DNA of 64,000 nucleotides from Acidimicrobiia bacterium (GTDB lineage Bacteria; Actinomycetota; Acidimicrobiia; Spongiisociales; ZC4RG35): NCBI GenBank assembly GCA_965215185.1, contig OZ244034.1, positions 896,001 to 960,000 of the forward strand, read 5' to 3'. Shown piece by piece: positions 48,146 to 60,508 of this stretch (position 1 is its first letter; each line of letters starts with the position of its first letter). The notes under the pieces were generated by a model. It saw only the letters and a program-made list of their open reading frames with translations, ran no database searches and was not told where the DNA came from. The position numbers and the translations under genes were made by a program.

Positions 48146-49096
48146 GTGACCACGACAGGCACCGATGTTCTTGATGTAAGAGCGGCGGCGCGCCGAAATA
48201 GGCGGCGCCGCCTCGTTTCCTACGTCATCCATCTGTTTCTGGGGACACTGCTCTTTCTGCTGTTCTGGCAGTTGTTGGCCGCGCCCTTCTCGCCCCTTTT
48301 CTCTCTCATTCCGACGCCGATCGCCGCTGTCACCCACTTCGGGGAGAACCTCTTTTTCAGTGAGGCGATGATGGATCGGTTTGTTCACGCCTGTCCGGAC
48401 CTGTTGGATGAGTTGGAGTTTAAAAGGGGTAGGATGTCCGATCTTCCTGATCACTGTTTTGGGTACATTCTCCATCTGGTGCGGACCACCCGCAATATCC
48501 TGATCGCAGTTGCGCTGGGGACGTTCTTCGGCTTGGGGGTTGGACTGAGCAGTCTGCTCTTACCGTGGATTGCCGATGTGGTCACACCGGTAGCCGGTTT
48601 TTTTGGGACTACCCCTATTTTTATCGTGGCGCCTTTCTTCGTGATCTGGTTCGGGATCGAGTATCCCCTGTTGACCACCATCGGGGTTGTTGCCTTCTAC
48701 ACCACCCTTCTCATGTATTTCTTCACCCGCCGGGCGGCCGAAAATATACCGGTGGGGATCATTGAATCAGCCCTCACCCTGGGAGGAGACCGCCGCACTA
48801 TTTTCCGATGGGTTTATCTGCGGGGAACGATTCCGGAGATCGCGGGAGGTTTTCGGATCGCTTTGGGAGGAGCTTGGGGTTTGGGGACGCTGGTGGAGGT
48901 GCTGGGACCACAGATGGGAGGAGGATTTCTGATCCGCATGTGGAGCTACGTGATGGGCCACTCGGAGGGGCCGACCGCGGTGGTCTCTCTGATTCTTTTC
49001 TTCGGCGTGCTGGCTTTGGTAGTCGACGGGATCCTGGTACTGGTGATACGTTCCTTCACCAGTTGGTCCGAGGCCGGTCGCCGACTGGGTTTGTAG
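48146..49096 (+). CDS. ABC transporter permease (TauC/SsuC-like)
   Basis: IESALTLGG EAA-like loop; multiple TM segments. Confidence 0.85.
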   Translation: MTTTGTDVLDVRAAARRNRRRRLVSYVIHLFLGTLLFLLFWQLLAAPFSPLFSLIPTPIAAVTHFGENLFFSEAMMDRFVHACPDLLDELEFKRGRMSDLPDHCFGYILHLVRTTRNILIAVALGTFFGLGVGLSSLLLPWIADVVTPVAGFFGTTPIFIVAPFFVIWFGIEYPLLTTIGVVAFYTTLLMYFFTRRAAENIPVGIIESALTLGGDRRTIFRWVYLRGTIPEIAGGFRIALGGAWGLGTLVEVLGPQMGGGFLIRMWSYVMGHSEGPTAVVSLILFFGVLALVVDGILVLVIRSFTSWSEAGRRLGL

Positions 49097-49109
49097 GCAA
49101 GGAGAAACT

Positions 49110-49828
49110 ATGTCAACTGTTGTGAGCTTTGAGAACCTGTGGTGTGTGTTTGAGCACCGATCGGGGAATTTGGTGCATGCCCTCGAAGTTGTCGAATTTC
49201 ATGTGGAGCCGGGCGAGTGAGTGTGCGTGGTGGGGAGGTCCGAGCATGGCAAGACCACCCTGTTGAGGGTGTTGGCCGGTCTTCAGCCTCCTAACACCGG
49301 CGCGGTAAAGTTGGGAGACACGACGGTGATGGGGCCGGTTAGCGACCGGGCCATGGTTTTCCAGCAGGACACGGTGTTCCCCTGGTTGCGTGTCCGGGAT
49401 AACGTTGAGTTCGGTCTCAGGGCTACCAAGCTTCCCGAGGGCGATCGGAACGAGATCACCAATTATTGGTTATCGGCGGTTGGGTTGAGGAGTTCGCCGA
49501 TTCTTGGTCGCGGGAGTTGTCTGGGGGTATGAGAAAGCGGGTAGCTTTGGTGTCGCGATGGCGGTGGGTTCGGATGTTGTCTGAGGTTCTTTGGAACTTG
49601 TGGGTTGAGATCCAGAAGACCAGTATCTTCGTCACCCATGACATTGAGGAAGCACTGATTCTTGCCGACCGGGCGATCCTCCTGGCCGAATGCAAGCTGG
49701 TGAACGACATCGCGGTTACGCTCTCTCGTCCTCGCGACGAGGCTGTCCGGGCCAGCACCGAGGCGGTCGGTGTCTTCAAGATCCTGGCCCATTTGGGTAT
49801 AACCGAGGAGGAGGGGACGACGGTTTGA
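49110..49828 (+). pseudogene. ABC ATP-binding protein (TauB/SsuB-like), disrupted
   Basis: TGA at 49218-49220; altered Walker A GRSEHGKT; frameshift ~49490; LSGGM present; Walker B region deleted; FVTHDIEEA. Confidence 0.88.
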
Positions 49829-51015
49829 ATCAGCCTGGCCGCTTCCGAAGCCTTTATTGGATTGGATGGCTGATCTGGGCTGTCCTGATTCCGTGGTTGC
49901 TTATTCGGGTGCCTGAAAGCCTACCTTTCGTTACCTGGACACATGGTGAGGGTGCGATCAACGTCACATGGTCCTATATCGTTTCCGGGTTGGTGTTGTT
50001 CTGGGCCTGGCCGGTTGTGTCCCGCACGACCCGGGTCAAGGACCGGCTGATCAGGGCGGGACGGGGGATAGCGGCGGGGCCGCCGATGCTGTGGGCTGGT
50101 ATGCGCCGTAGCCCGCTTTTCTTCGTCTCTTGGGTGGTGTTGCTGGTGGCGTGGCAGGTGGCGTCTTATGTTGTGCCTCCGGGAACTCTCGAGCATCCCC
50201 TGGTTCCCGGATGGGACTACGTGTTCGGTGACACCTTCTTCGGAATGTCCAGGTTCTGGACCGTCCGCGTGTTAGACCTTGGGTTCGCGACCTTCAATCT
50301 CGACGGACTGGCGCCCCTTCCCATCTATGGTGGGGAGGCGACCTGGCCGGCCGTGTTCCTCGCAATCGCTTATCACTCCGGTACGACCCTTTTCAGGCTG
50401 TTGTGTGGCATGGTGGTCGGCATGACGTTCGGTCTCCTGACCGGTCTGGCCCTTCCCTACTGGCCGGCGGTGCGCAAGACCGCGTGGGCGCCCATGAACT
50501 TCCTGCGGATGATCCCCCTCCTAGTGGCGGTTCCCTGGTTGCAGTTGGTCGTGGGCTCCACCTTCTTTGGTATCACCATCTATATAGCCTTCGGAGTGTG
50601 GACGATCCTGGTGGTGGCCACCATGAATGCGGTCGCCAACGTGCCCGACCGGTACATCGAAAGTGCCCGTACCCTGGGCGCCTCCCGGCTGCACACCTAT
50701 TACAAAGTGATAGTGCCGGGGTCGATTCCAGAATTGCGCACCGCCATGCTGCTCTCCATGGGGGGGAGCTGGTCACTGGCGATCGCCGCCGAGTTCCTGG
50801 GTTTCTCCGCCGGGCTGGGGTACCTGGCCCACGCGGCGGTGCAGGAAACTAACACCGCCCGGCTGTTGATAGTGGCGTTTATCGTGGCTCTCTATTCTCT
50901 CACGACTTTCTTCTTGCTCAACGAGGGATTCAAGAAGGCGGTTAGTTGGATGCCACAACGAGCCACCGGCAAGACGGATATCAGAAAGATGGCCGGGGCG
51001 GCAGGAGGGGCCTGA
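49825..51015 (+). CDS. Second ABC transporter permease (TauC/SsuC-like)
   Basis: YIESARTLGASR..VIVPGSIP; AIAAEFLG..GLG. TTG start overlaps the upstream stop. Confidence 0.85.
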   Translation: MNQPGRFRSLYWIGWLIWAVLIPWLLIRVPESLPFVTWTHGEGAINVTWSYIVSGLVLFWAWPVVSRTTRVKDRLIRAGRGIAAGPPMLWAGMRRSPLFFVSWVVLLVAWQVASYVVPPGTLEHPLVPGWDYVFGDTFFGMSRFWTVRVLDLGFATFNLDGLAPLPIYGGEATWPAVFLAIAYHSGTTLFRLLCGMVVGMTFGLLTGLALPYWPAVRKTAWAPMNFLRMIPLLVAVPWLQLVVGSTFFGITIYIAFGVWTILVVATMNAVANVPDRYIESARTLGASRLHTYYKVIVPGSIPELRTAMLLSMGGSWSLAIAAEFLGFSAGLGYLAHAAVQETNTARLLIVAFIVALYSLTTFFLLNEGFKKAVSWMPQRATGKTDIRKMAGAAGGA

Positions 51016-51271
51016 TCACCGAGCTCACCGGTCGAGGAAGCCCTTGCCCTACGAGATCTTGGGAGCATACCTCTCCACTCGTGCCGCGCGGGTCTTGGTT
51101 TTGATTGAGGACAGATGTCCAGATCTGACCGAAGCGCCCAAGGGCTTAGATTCCCGTCTCATCAGCCGCAAGCAGGTAAACCGGTTGCCGACAGATGTCC
51201 CTTGAACCGAATCAGCTATAGGACAGTATGTGGGGCGAACTGTCAAGACCGGTCACCTAGCTGGTGTTTTG

Positions 51272-51321
51272 CAGGGACTCACAATCTATTGGTTGCAGGT
51301 TCGAGTCCTGCCGGGGCCACA
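51272..51321 (+). tRNA. 3' half of a tRNA only (attR-like remnant; anticodon loop CTCACAA, possibly a mutated CAT tRNA)
   Basis: gactcacaatctattggttgcaggttcgagtcctgccggggccac: the T-arm GCAGG-TTCGAGT-CCTGC is intact, but no D-arm or 5' acceptor strand is present upstream. Confidence 0.75.
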
Positions 51322-51798
51322 CCGTTTCATCCGGTTTCGCGAAGTTTCAAACACCAATAAAAGCCCAAGCCAATAGCTATATATTGCACCATGGGGGAAG
51401 TCAAACACGCTCTTGTGGGGTTCCTTGACTTTCCAAGATGTTTCTGGTACAGCTAGTGCCCTGGCAGCGCCGACTCTTGGGCTGATCGCCGGTTCGTGGC
51501 AACGCCCCCTCAAACTAGTGGCCGGGACTTCCGCTCAAGATCTTGGGGGACTGCGGCTACGAAAAGACCGGACCTGGTGCTATCGACCTCCCCGGACGGA
51601 ATCCCGGTTACCCACCAGCACCTACCGGTAGGTCCTCGACGACGCGCCAAGGTGCGCCGAACCAGCGATGCTCGGAATCGTTCCCAGCCAGGTCCGGAAG
51701 GCTGAGACCGGATAGTGGGTTTGGTGTGTCCGACCAGACATCTGCAGTCGGTTCGATCCGATGCGGAGAGCATCCAATAGGGCCGGTGCCCTGCTGGA

Positions 51799-52680
51799 TC
51801 ACCGCCAGCGGTGATCCAGCACCATGTTCAACCCAGCCCCGGCGAGCAGGCCCATCGCCAGAAGATACAACCACAGCAGCAGGGTCAGAGCCCCACCCAG
51901 CAACCCGAACACCGCGTTCACACCGCTGGAGGCCAACTCGAGGTAGGAGCGGAAACCTGCCGACACAACCAGCCACCACACGGTTCCCACCACTGCTCCT
52001 GGCAACTCCCGTCGCCATGGCGCCCGCCTGCGGGACGCTATGTGGTAGACGGAGGTGGCCCACAAGACCACAACTGCGAACACCACAGGCCAGCGCAACC
52101 ACCCCCAGGCCGTGGTAAACGCGGAGCCGGCCCCCAGACGCTCGGCCACCTCCTCGCCGCCGCCCAGCAAGGGACCGACCACCACCAGCGCGGCCACCAG
52201 CGCGGCCACCAGAATCGTGGAAGCCGTCAGGCCCAAACCCAGAACCCGGGTGGACAGCCAGCTTCTGCGCTGTTCGTGGCCATATGCCACGTCCAGAGCG
52301 CGTACCACGGCGACGAAGCCCCGCGACGAGGCGTACATCGTCAAAACGATGCCAACCGTGATCAGTCCCGCATTCGACCGTTCGAAGAGCTCCGCGATGG
52401 TAGAGCGCAGCGTGTTGTCGGAGCCGAAGATCTCATGCACCTGGTTGAGTAGCCATTGCTCGGTGTCGGCAGCCGCGTCTTCGCCCATCACCACGTCAAG
52501 CGAACCAAGCGCGGCAGCGAATACCACCACAGCCGGGAACAGCCCGAGGAGCGCGAAGAAAGCGATCTCAGCCGACAGCCCACCCACCCGAGCCCTTGAC
52601 CAGTCGAGGCGAAGCTCCTCTGCGAACCGTACAACCTGACGTCCTGAGCTGCGGAGCTGCGGCTGTGTGAAACGGCCCAT
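51799..52680 (-). CDS. YihY/virulence factor BrkB family membrane protein
   Basis: SAEIAFFALLGLFP, ASSRGF..L..AY, LRWP, LPGA, FGLLGG..LLLWLYL. Confidence 0.9.
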   Translation of the reverse strand: MGRFTQPQLRSSGRQVVRFAEELRLDWSRARVGGLSAEIAFFALLGLFPAVVVFAAALGSLDVVMGEDAAADTEQWLLNQVHEIFGSDNTLRSTIAELFERSNAGLITVGIVLTMYASSRGFVAVVRALDVAYGHEQRRSWLSTRVLGLGLTASTILVAALVAALVVVGPLLGGGEEVAERLGAGSAFTTAWGWLRWPVVFAVVVLWATSVYHIASRRRAPWRRELPGAVVGTVWWLVVSAGFRSYLELASSGVNAVFGLLGGALTLLLWLYLLAMGLLAGAGLNMVLDHRWR

Positions 52681-52880
52681 ACCGGTCGATACTACGGTTG
52701 GCGACCGCGGACGGCTCGCCCATGAGGAGACCCCCCTAGACAGCATGCGACTGGGGCTGATCGGGAACCTGTTGGCTCGGCTGGCAGGCTTCCGCGGCGA
52801 CCTCGCCTGTGCTTTCTCGCCGGGAGATCATCTACCGGCACCGGTTCGGCCGTGGCCCGGTTGACGAACCGGGACGCTAA

Positions 52881-55268
<2,388 letters not shown>

Positions 55269-55469
55269 GACCGTATGACATCCTCAGCGGGGCAGCCCTC
55301 CGTTACCCGGGGCTGACCGACCCCGGTAGCGGCGGCATCGGTTGGCGCGGGAAGTCGACCACCCGGATCCACTTGTGGTCTGCCAAAACGTGGCGGAGGC
55401 CGCCCCTGCCTGTAAGTCGGGTAGGGATCCGGTTATGCGGGCTTGGTGGCGTCGGATGCGTAGATTGTG

Positions 55470-55600
55470 GCCGTGGAGTGTTGGGGGCGGGTCGATGGGG
55501 TGGTAGACCTCTCGGGCGATGTGCCGTTTAAGACAGTGGATGATCTCTCGCCGGGTATTACCTTCGGTCTGGCGCCGTTGGTGTATTCGATCGTGCACTG
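55470..55600 (-). mobile_element. IS110 transposase C-terminal remnant
   Basis: RRQTEGNTRREIIHCLKRHIAREVY. Confidence 0.75.
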
Positions 55601-55713
55601 GTCGTGGCGCACGCGGCCTCTAACAGTGGAGGAGTCGGCATCGATATGGCATCCTGTCCTTTGGGACCGGCTCTGTGTAGCGCTGGCGTCGAACCGCCTT
55701 GCAGCCTGTCTTT

Positions 55714-56793
55714 TCAGCCGGCGGCCAACAGAGTCTTCAGTTCATCGCAAAGACGGTCGGTGTCATCCTGATCCACTCCGATGTGTGTCACGATTCGTAT
55801 CCTCCGCTCGCCGAAGGCCCCAACCAAGAAACCTCGGGGAAGCAACCGGGTGACAAGTTCGGCCGCAGTGGGGCCGTCAGGGGATATGTCGAAGATCACG
55901 ATGTTGGTGTGTGCTGGCAGGACTCTTTCAACCAACCCCAGGTCTTTTAGCGTTGAGGCAATCTGAGCAGCCCGTCGATGATCGTCTGCCAGTCGTTCCA
56001 CGTTGTGGTCGAGGGCATACAGGCAAAGGGCCGCCATGAATCCGGATTGTCGCAAGCCTCCTCCGAGGAGCTGTCGAAAGCGCCAGGCTCGCTGGATGAA
56101 ATCCTCGGATCCGACGAGAAGGGCGCCAAAGGGACAGCCGAGGCCCTTGGTGAAACAGATCGTGACGGAATCGTACCCTTGTGCGTAATCCTTGGCCGAT
56201 ATCCCGGTCTTGACCACCGCGTTCAGCAGTCGAGCTCCATCCATGTGAGTCGCAACTGCGGCCTCGGCGGCGACTCTGGCGACATCCCTCAGACCCTCCA
56301 AAGGCCAAACCGCTCCACCCCCCATGTTGGCGGTTTGTTCAACAACCACGAGAGCGGTCTCTGGGATATACAGGTTGCCTTTGGGTCGGAGAGCGGCAGC
56401 AACCTGCTCGGGGCCGAACATGCCGTTGGCACCGTCCACCATATGGGTCTGCACTCCCGCCAGCAGCGCCGGGCCGCCGGCTTCGAAGGTGATTATGTGT
56501 GAGGACCTTTCGCATATCATTTCGTCGCCCGGGCGGCAATGCACCGCCACGGCGATCTCGTTGGCCATGGTTGCCGAGGGCATGAACAAGGCGTCTTCCT
56601 TGCCGAGTAGTTCGGCTACCCGGTTTAGCAGTTCGGTGGTGGTCGGGTCTTCACCCTTTTGCTCGTCGCCGAGGGGCGCGTCCACAGCCGCTTGGCGCAT
56701 CTCCCGGGAAGGTATCGATTTGGTGTCGCTGAAGAAGTCGGCGGTATCCGGCGGCAATGGGCCCGGCTTCTTTCCTCCGTATGTACCCGCCAT
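55714..56793 (-). CDS. ltaE: Low-specificity L-threonine aldolase family, paralog 1
   Basis: DFFSDT, GEDPT, FMPSATMAN, HMDGARL, CFTKGLG (PLP lysine), GGGLRQSG. Confidence 0.92.
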   Translation of the reverse strand: MAGTYGGKKPGPLPPDTADFFSDTKSIPSREMRQAAVDAPLGDEQKGEDPTTTELLNRVAELLGKEDALFMPSATMANEIAVAVHCRPGDEMICERSSHIITFEAGGPALLAGVQTHMVDGANGMFGPEQVAAALRPKGNLYIPETALVVVEQTANMGGGAVWPLEGLRDVARVAAEAAVATHMDGARLLNAVVKTGISAKDYAQGYDSVTICFTKGLGCPFGALLVGSEDFIQRAWRFRQLLGGGLRQSGFMAALCLYALDHNVERLADDHRRAAQIASTLKDLGLVERVLPAHTNIVIFDISPDGPTAAELVTRLLPRGFLVGAFGERRIRIVTHIGVDQDDTDRLCDELKTLLAAG

Positions 56794-56970
56794 TTCCTAT
56801 CCTCCTATTCGGAGTTGCCTTACCCGCATGATTTGCAATAGCAGGTTACCCCATTAGAAATCCCGGCACGGTTTGAACATGGATCACGCCGGACACGTCA
56901 CAGAAAAGGGGCTTATATACCTAAGTTGACAAAGTGTCTAGCGAAACGGTTCGGCTGCTTTGCTTTGCCG

Positions 56971-58893
56971 TCATTTCGCTTTTCGGCGCTGGCTGGACGG
57001 GGGCGTGTCGGGGTCTTCGTGCCGTACCTTTTGGTTGTTCAGATAGTACGGGTCCCACCCGCGGGGTGGTGTTCCGTCGGGGTATACCCATCGGAGACCG
57101 TCGAGCCTTTCGGCTATGCATTGGCTGGATTCCCGGATCGTTTCCAACGACCGGGCGAACCTTTCCGTGCTTGTATCTGTTTGCTGGGCATATTCAACTA
57201 TTTCTGTAACTAGGGCCTGGCAGGAGAGCATCGTTTCGAGGGTGGTTTCCCTAACGTTGGCTACTAGGGGCGGATCGAGGTGGTCTCCATTAGTGGGAGG
57301 GGAATACTCGGCGGTTTTCGGGGAGGTGGTCGGCTGGTAGCCCGGCGTTTCGTTCATCTCCGCCCGGGTTTTGTCTATTCCCTCTCGTAGATCAGCCATG
57401 CTTTTTTGGTGTTGGCGGAGCCGTTCAACAAGGGCGTCCCAGTATTCCCTCATATCGTCGCGTGTTACGCTGTCGGTTTCCCGAGGTCGGGGAGTGTAAC
57501 CATAGGCGGCCCGGCTCACCATCGAACTCGCCTTGCTCAACGCCTTGATGGTTCTTTCCACGCATACTTGTTCGTGGGGGAGGGGCTGGACTTGAACGGG
57601 TGGGGAGGTGATCCATGTTCCCGTCTGGGCGGCGTGATGTTCCCACGCCAGCGGATGGGCGGCGTTGTTCGCCCATGTCTGGGCGCCCACTATTCGTACT
57701 GGAATGACCAGTCCGGTGGCTTCCTCCACCACGTCCATGAGGCGTTTCCCCTCGGAGTGTCGAAGCAGGTGGGGCGTGTCGTCGCCTACGACAACCAAGT
57801 GAGACGACGACACGCCCTTCGGGATGTATTCAATAACGCCGGCGGGAAGGAGCTGCTCGGCGGCGCGGCGCACGGTTTCGGGGTCTGCTCGGAGGGAGAA
57901 CCATTGGGGGTCGGACCATCGGGGCAGCGCCAGTGTGCGCCGCAGGCGGTCCCGTCCCTCCGCGAAATGCCCCAACATCCAATCAAACAGTTCTCCCTCC
58001 CGGTCCTTGTTTCGCCTGACCTGCTGCGCTACCAGCCCCATCATGTCAACGGTGACGCATCCCAGTCGCCGTACCGTGTCCCTGGTGGGTTCACGGCGGA
58101 TGCGTTTCCAAAAGTGAAACAATTCCATGTGCTCCCTAGTGATGTTCCCACGGTCAAACTGGGCGGGAAGCAAATCGAACAGTTCCACGATGGTGGGTTC
58201 CCCGGCCGGGCGGTACGGAATGGAACACAGAACGAGACTGCCCATCAGGAAACAACGCAACGCGTCGAACAGTCGATCGTGGAGGGTTTTTAGGTGTTTT
58301 CGGTCGAAACCTTTGCGGGTATGGGCCGAAGCGTTCATTCCCCATAACACCATTTCGACCTTGTCCGCTCCCGGTTCAAGTACCCTAACCGCGGCGAAAC
58401 CGCGGGCGCTTTGCAAAGTGGACGGCCACCGCTCGTGGCCGAGGTCGACGCAATGCCGACAGGTTGCCTTTCCCTTCCCCTCATCGGCTATGCGATGTCG
58501 CCTCCGGGAGGGCTTGACAAGCCACCGGCCATGCGCAAAACATTCGTGTTCGAAAGTCCCAGCGACCCGCCGCAGGGACCACCATCGGTCCCAGTTGACC
58601 ATCCGCACTCGGACGTCCAAACCGGTTTGTTCAGAAACGACCCGGGCAAGCCAATCGCCTGTTCCCCACACCTGGCGGTCGTGGTGCGACAATCCCAGTT
58701 GTTTAGCGGCGTCGCGGTGGCTGTCAACCACGACCAGTACCCGCCATACTCCCGTTTCGTTGCCCGTTTCGCCGCAACTGCTCGGATGGTTAACAGTGTG
58801 GAACACCCGAACCGCGCCGGGCCATTCGACAGCGTTGTGCAATCCCTCCCAACCCGGCGATTGCGGGCCGTGGGGTTTCCCCGCCCTAATCAA
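56971..58893 (-). CDS. Hypothetical 640-aa protein with an internal duplication, possibly degenerate MNT/HEPN-like modules
   Basis: Two similar blocks (LVVV..VV.E.TGL...VR.V....W......EH....G.W). The family assignment is inference. Confidence 0.6.
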   Translation of the reverse strand: MIRAGKPHGPQSPGWEGLHNAVEWPGAVRVFHTVNHPSSCGETGNETGVWRVLVVVDSHRDAAKQLGLSHHDRQVWGTGDWLARVVSEQTGLDVRVRMVNWDRWWSLRRVAGTFEHECFAHGRWLVKPSRRRHRIADEGKGKATCRHCVDLGHERWPSTLQSARGFAAVRVLEPGADKVEMVLWGMNASAHTRKGFDRKHLKTLHDRLFDALRCFLMGSLVLCSIPYRPAGEPTIVELFDLLPAQFDRGNITREHMELFHFWKRIRREPTRDTVRRLGCVTVDMMGLVAQQVRRNKDREGELFDWMLGHFAEGRDRLRRTLALPRWSDPQWFSLRADPETVRRAAEQLLPAGVIEYIPKGVSSSHLVVVGDDTPHLLRHSEGKRLMDVVEEATGLVIPVRIVGAQTWANNAAHPLAWEHHAAQTGTWITSPPVQVQPLPHEQVCVERTIKALSKASSMVSRAAYGYTPRPRETDSVTRDDMREYWDALVERLRQHQKSMADLREGIDKTRAEMNETPGYQPTTSPKTAEYSPPTNGDHLDPPLVANVRETTLETMLSCQALVTEIVEYAQQTDTSTERFARSLETIRESSQCIAERLDGLRWVYPDGTPPRGWDPYYLNNQKVRHEDPDTPPSSQRRKAK

Positions 58894-59062
58894 CCTTCCA
58901 AACCAGCGTTGAAAAACCCGCCAGTGTTGAATCGTGAAAGCGTCATTGTCTCCATCTTAGCAACCTGCCCCTGCGCCCGCCGTTTGCTTTGCGAGAGGAT
59001 GCGCGTGGCCGCAATTAGGGATGTTCCACTTGCACTCCTGTTTTGCTCTGTTGCGGTTCGGT

Positions 59063-59575
59063 TCATCGCCTGCGCTCTTCGTAGTATTTGAGGTTGCATT
59101 GACCTCCCCATGGGGCAACGCATCGGCAGTCGGCGTTGTATTCGATCCAGTATTCGAAATCGCCGCTGCGTAAAATGGCGAACTGGTGTTCATGCCCTGT
59201 GACCTTTCGGAGGCACTCGGCTACAGAGCCCGCGTCTTCTGTGCAATCCATGACCTCCGTCAACGCCTCGTCCGTGCCGAATCCCCACCCGCCGTTCACC
59301 AACTCGTCTAGCCACCGGCGAAGCAAAAACTGTTGAGAGATGGCCTCTTCTAGGGTTTTCCCGTCGGCCAGTTCCTCATGAACCATCTTTCTTTCGCTCC
59401 CGATCCACGTGTTGTGTTCCGTGGCTATGGCTTGACATCCCGCCATCCGCGCTTCTTCTAAAGTGCCATCGACGCCCTGTGCTATGAACCGTCGCGTCGG
59501 CCCGTCCACATAGTGGACAGCCCATCGGGTTTGGTTCGTGGACATGGACTGTTTCGCTGCCGACGAGTCAGGCAA
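59063..59575 (-). CDS. Hypothetical protein (170 aa)
   Basis: ORF overlaps the upstream ORF end by 8 bp, in an operon-like arrangement. Confidence 0.55.
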   Translation of the reverse strand: MPDSSAAKQSMSTNQTRWAVHYVDGPTRRFIAQGVDGTLEEARMAGCQAIATEHNTWIGSERKMVHEELADGKTLEEAISQQFLLRRWLDELVNGGWGFGTDEALTEVMDCTEDAGSVAECLRKVTGHEHQFAILRSGDFEYWIEYNADCRCVAPWGGQCNLKYYEERRR

Positions 59576-60329
59576 ACCGCTGCGCCCGTTCTTGCGCTCC
59601 GTCCCACAACGCTCCGTGGTCCGCCATTATGTTCGCCAGGTCTTCCCGGAATCCGGCAAGGGAAAACCCTCCTTTAGAACCGTTCAATTCCAATGCCTCG
59701 TCTATGAGATCCTGGCACCTGCGACGCTCCGTGCTTGCGGTGTTCCGGTTGCACACTACGGCTAGTAGCACCTGCCCGGGACCGGCGATTTCCCGGCCCC
59801 GCCACCCGGTCTTGATAGAAGGCTCATAGCGCCTCAAGTCCATCTCGAATATCAGGTGGTCGGTGGTGGGGCACGCGTGGCGAAGGGATTCAGCAATTGT
59901 CTGCAGCGTGCCGGGAGCGGCGAGGGGGTGCATCGCTACTACGGTTTCGACGTCCCAGCAAACGCATCCGACATCGGCGGCGTCGGTGACCATCAAGTGA
60001 AGCCACTCGCTGGTAACAGATGGATTCGCCGCCATCGGTAAATGGGCTTCGTGCTCCCACACCAATTGTTGCAACGCCTCGGGCGGAGCGTTGGGGTTCC
60101 CACCGAGGCGTTCGATGAATACGTACAGGTCGGAATACGGCGTTTCCCACACGTCGTCTCGCATGCCGTTCCCGAGTTGACAGCCAGCCTCCGCCCCCTT
60201 TTGTCGCAGGAGGGAAATACACTTTGTGGTGATGGCTTCTTGGGTGCAGACGATCCGTTTGAAAGGGCATTGTTCCCGCTCGGCGTACCGCGTCATGACT
60301 CGGTACGGTATGCAAATCCTCTGCTGCAA
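59568..60329 (-). CDS. Hypothetical protein with LRV-like (A.NP..P.E.L..L) repeats
   Basis: GGNPNAPPEALQQL, AANPSVTSEWLHLM, AMHPLAAPGTLQTIA. Start uncertain. Confidence 0.6.
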   Translation of the reverse strand: MQQRICIPYRVMTRYAEREQCPFKRIVCTQEAITTKCISLLRQKGAEAGCQLGNGMRDDVWETPYSDLYVFIERLGGNPNAPPEALQQLVWEHEAHLPMAANPSVTSEWLHLMVTDAADVGCVCWDVETVVAMHPLAAPGTLQTIAESLRHACPTTDHLIFEMDLRRYEPSIKTGWRGREIAGPGQVLLAVVCNRNTASTERRRCQDLIDEALELNGSKGGFSLAGFREDLANIMADHGALWDGAQERAQRFA

Positions 60330-60508
60330 GACACCAATCGGCTCCGCGGCTGGGCGATGCGGGCAAACACCGCAGAGCAGTATCGCCTAGATGCCCTGTC
60401 AACTTAGGTATATGAGTCCCACAGAAAACCCTTGCCATGGAGGGCACAAGAATGCCAAAAATGCAGGCAGAGGTACAGAACACCCACAGATGCCTTGAGC
60501 CCGTTCTG

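Noticed and set aside
55304-55328. Hairpin after katG as a terminator
   Set aside because: The stem is short and has no U-tract; support is insufficient.
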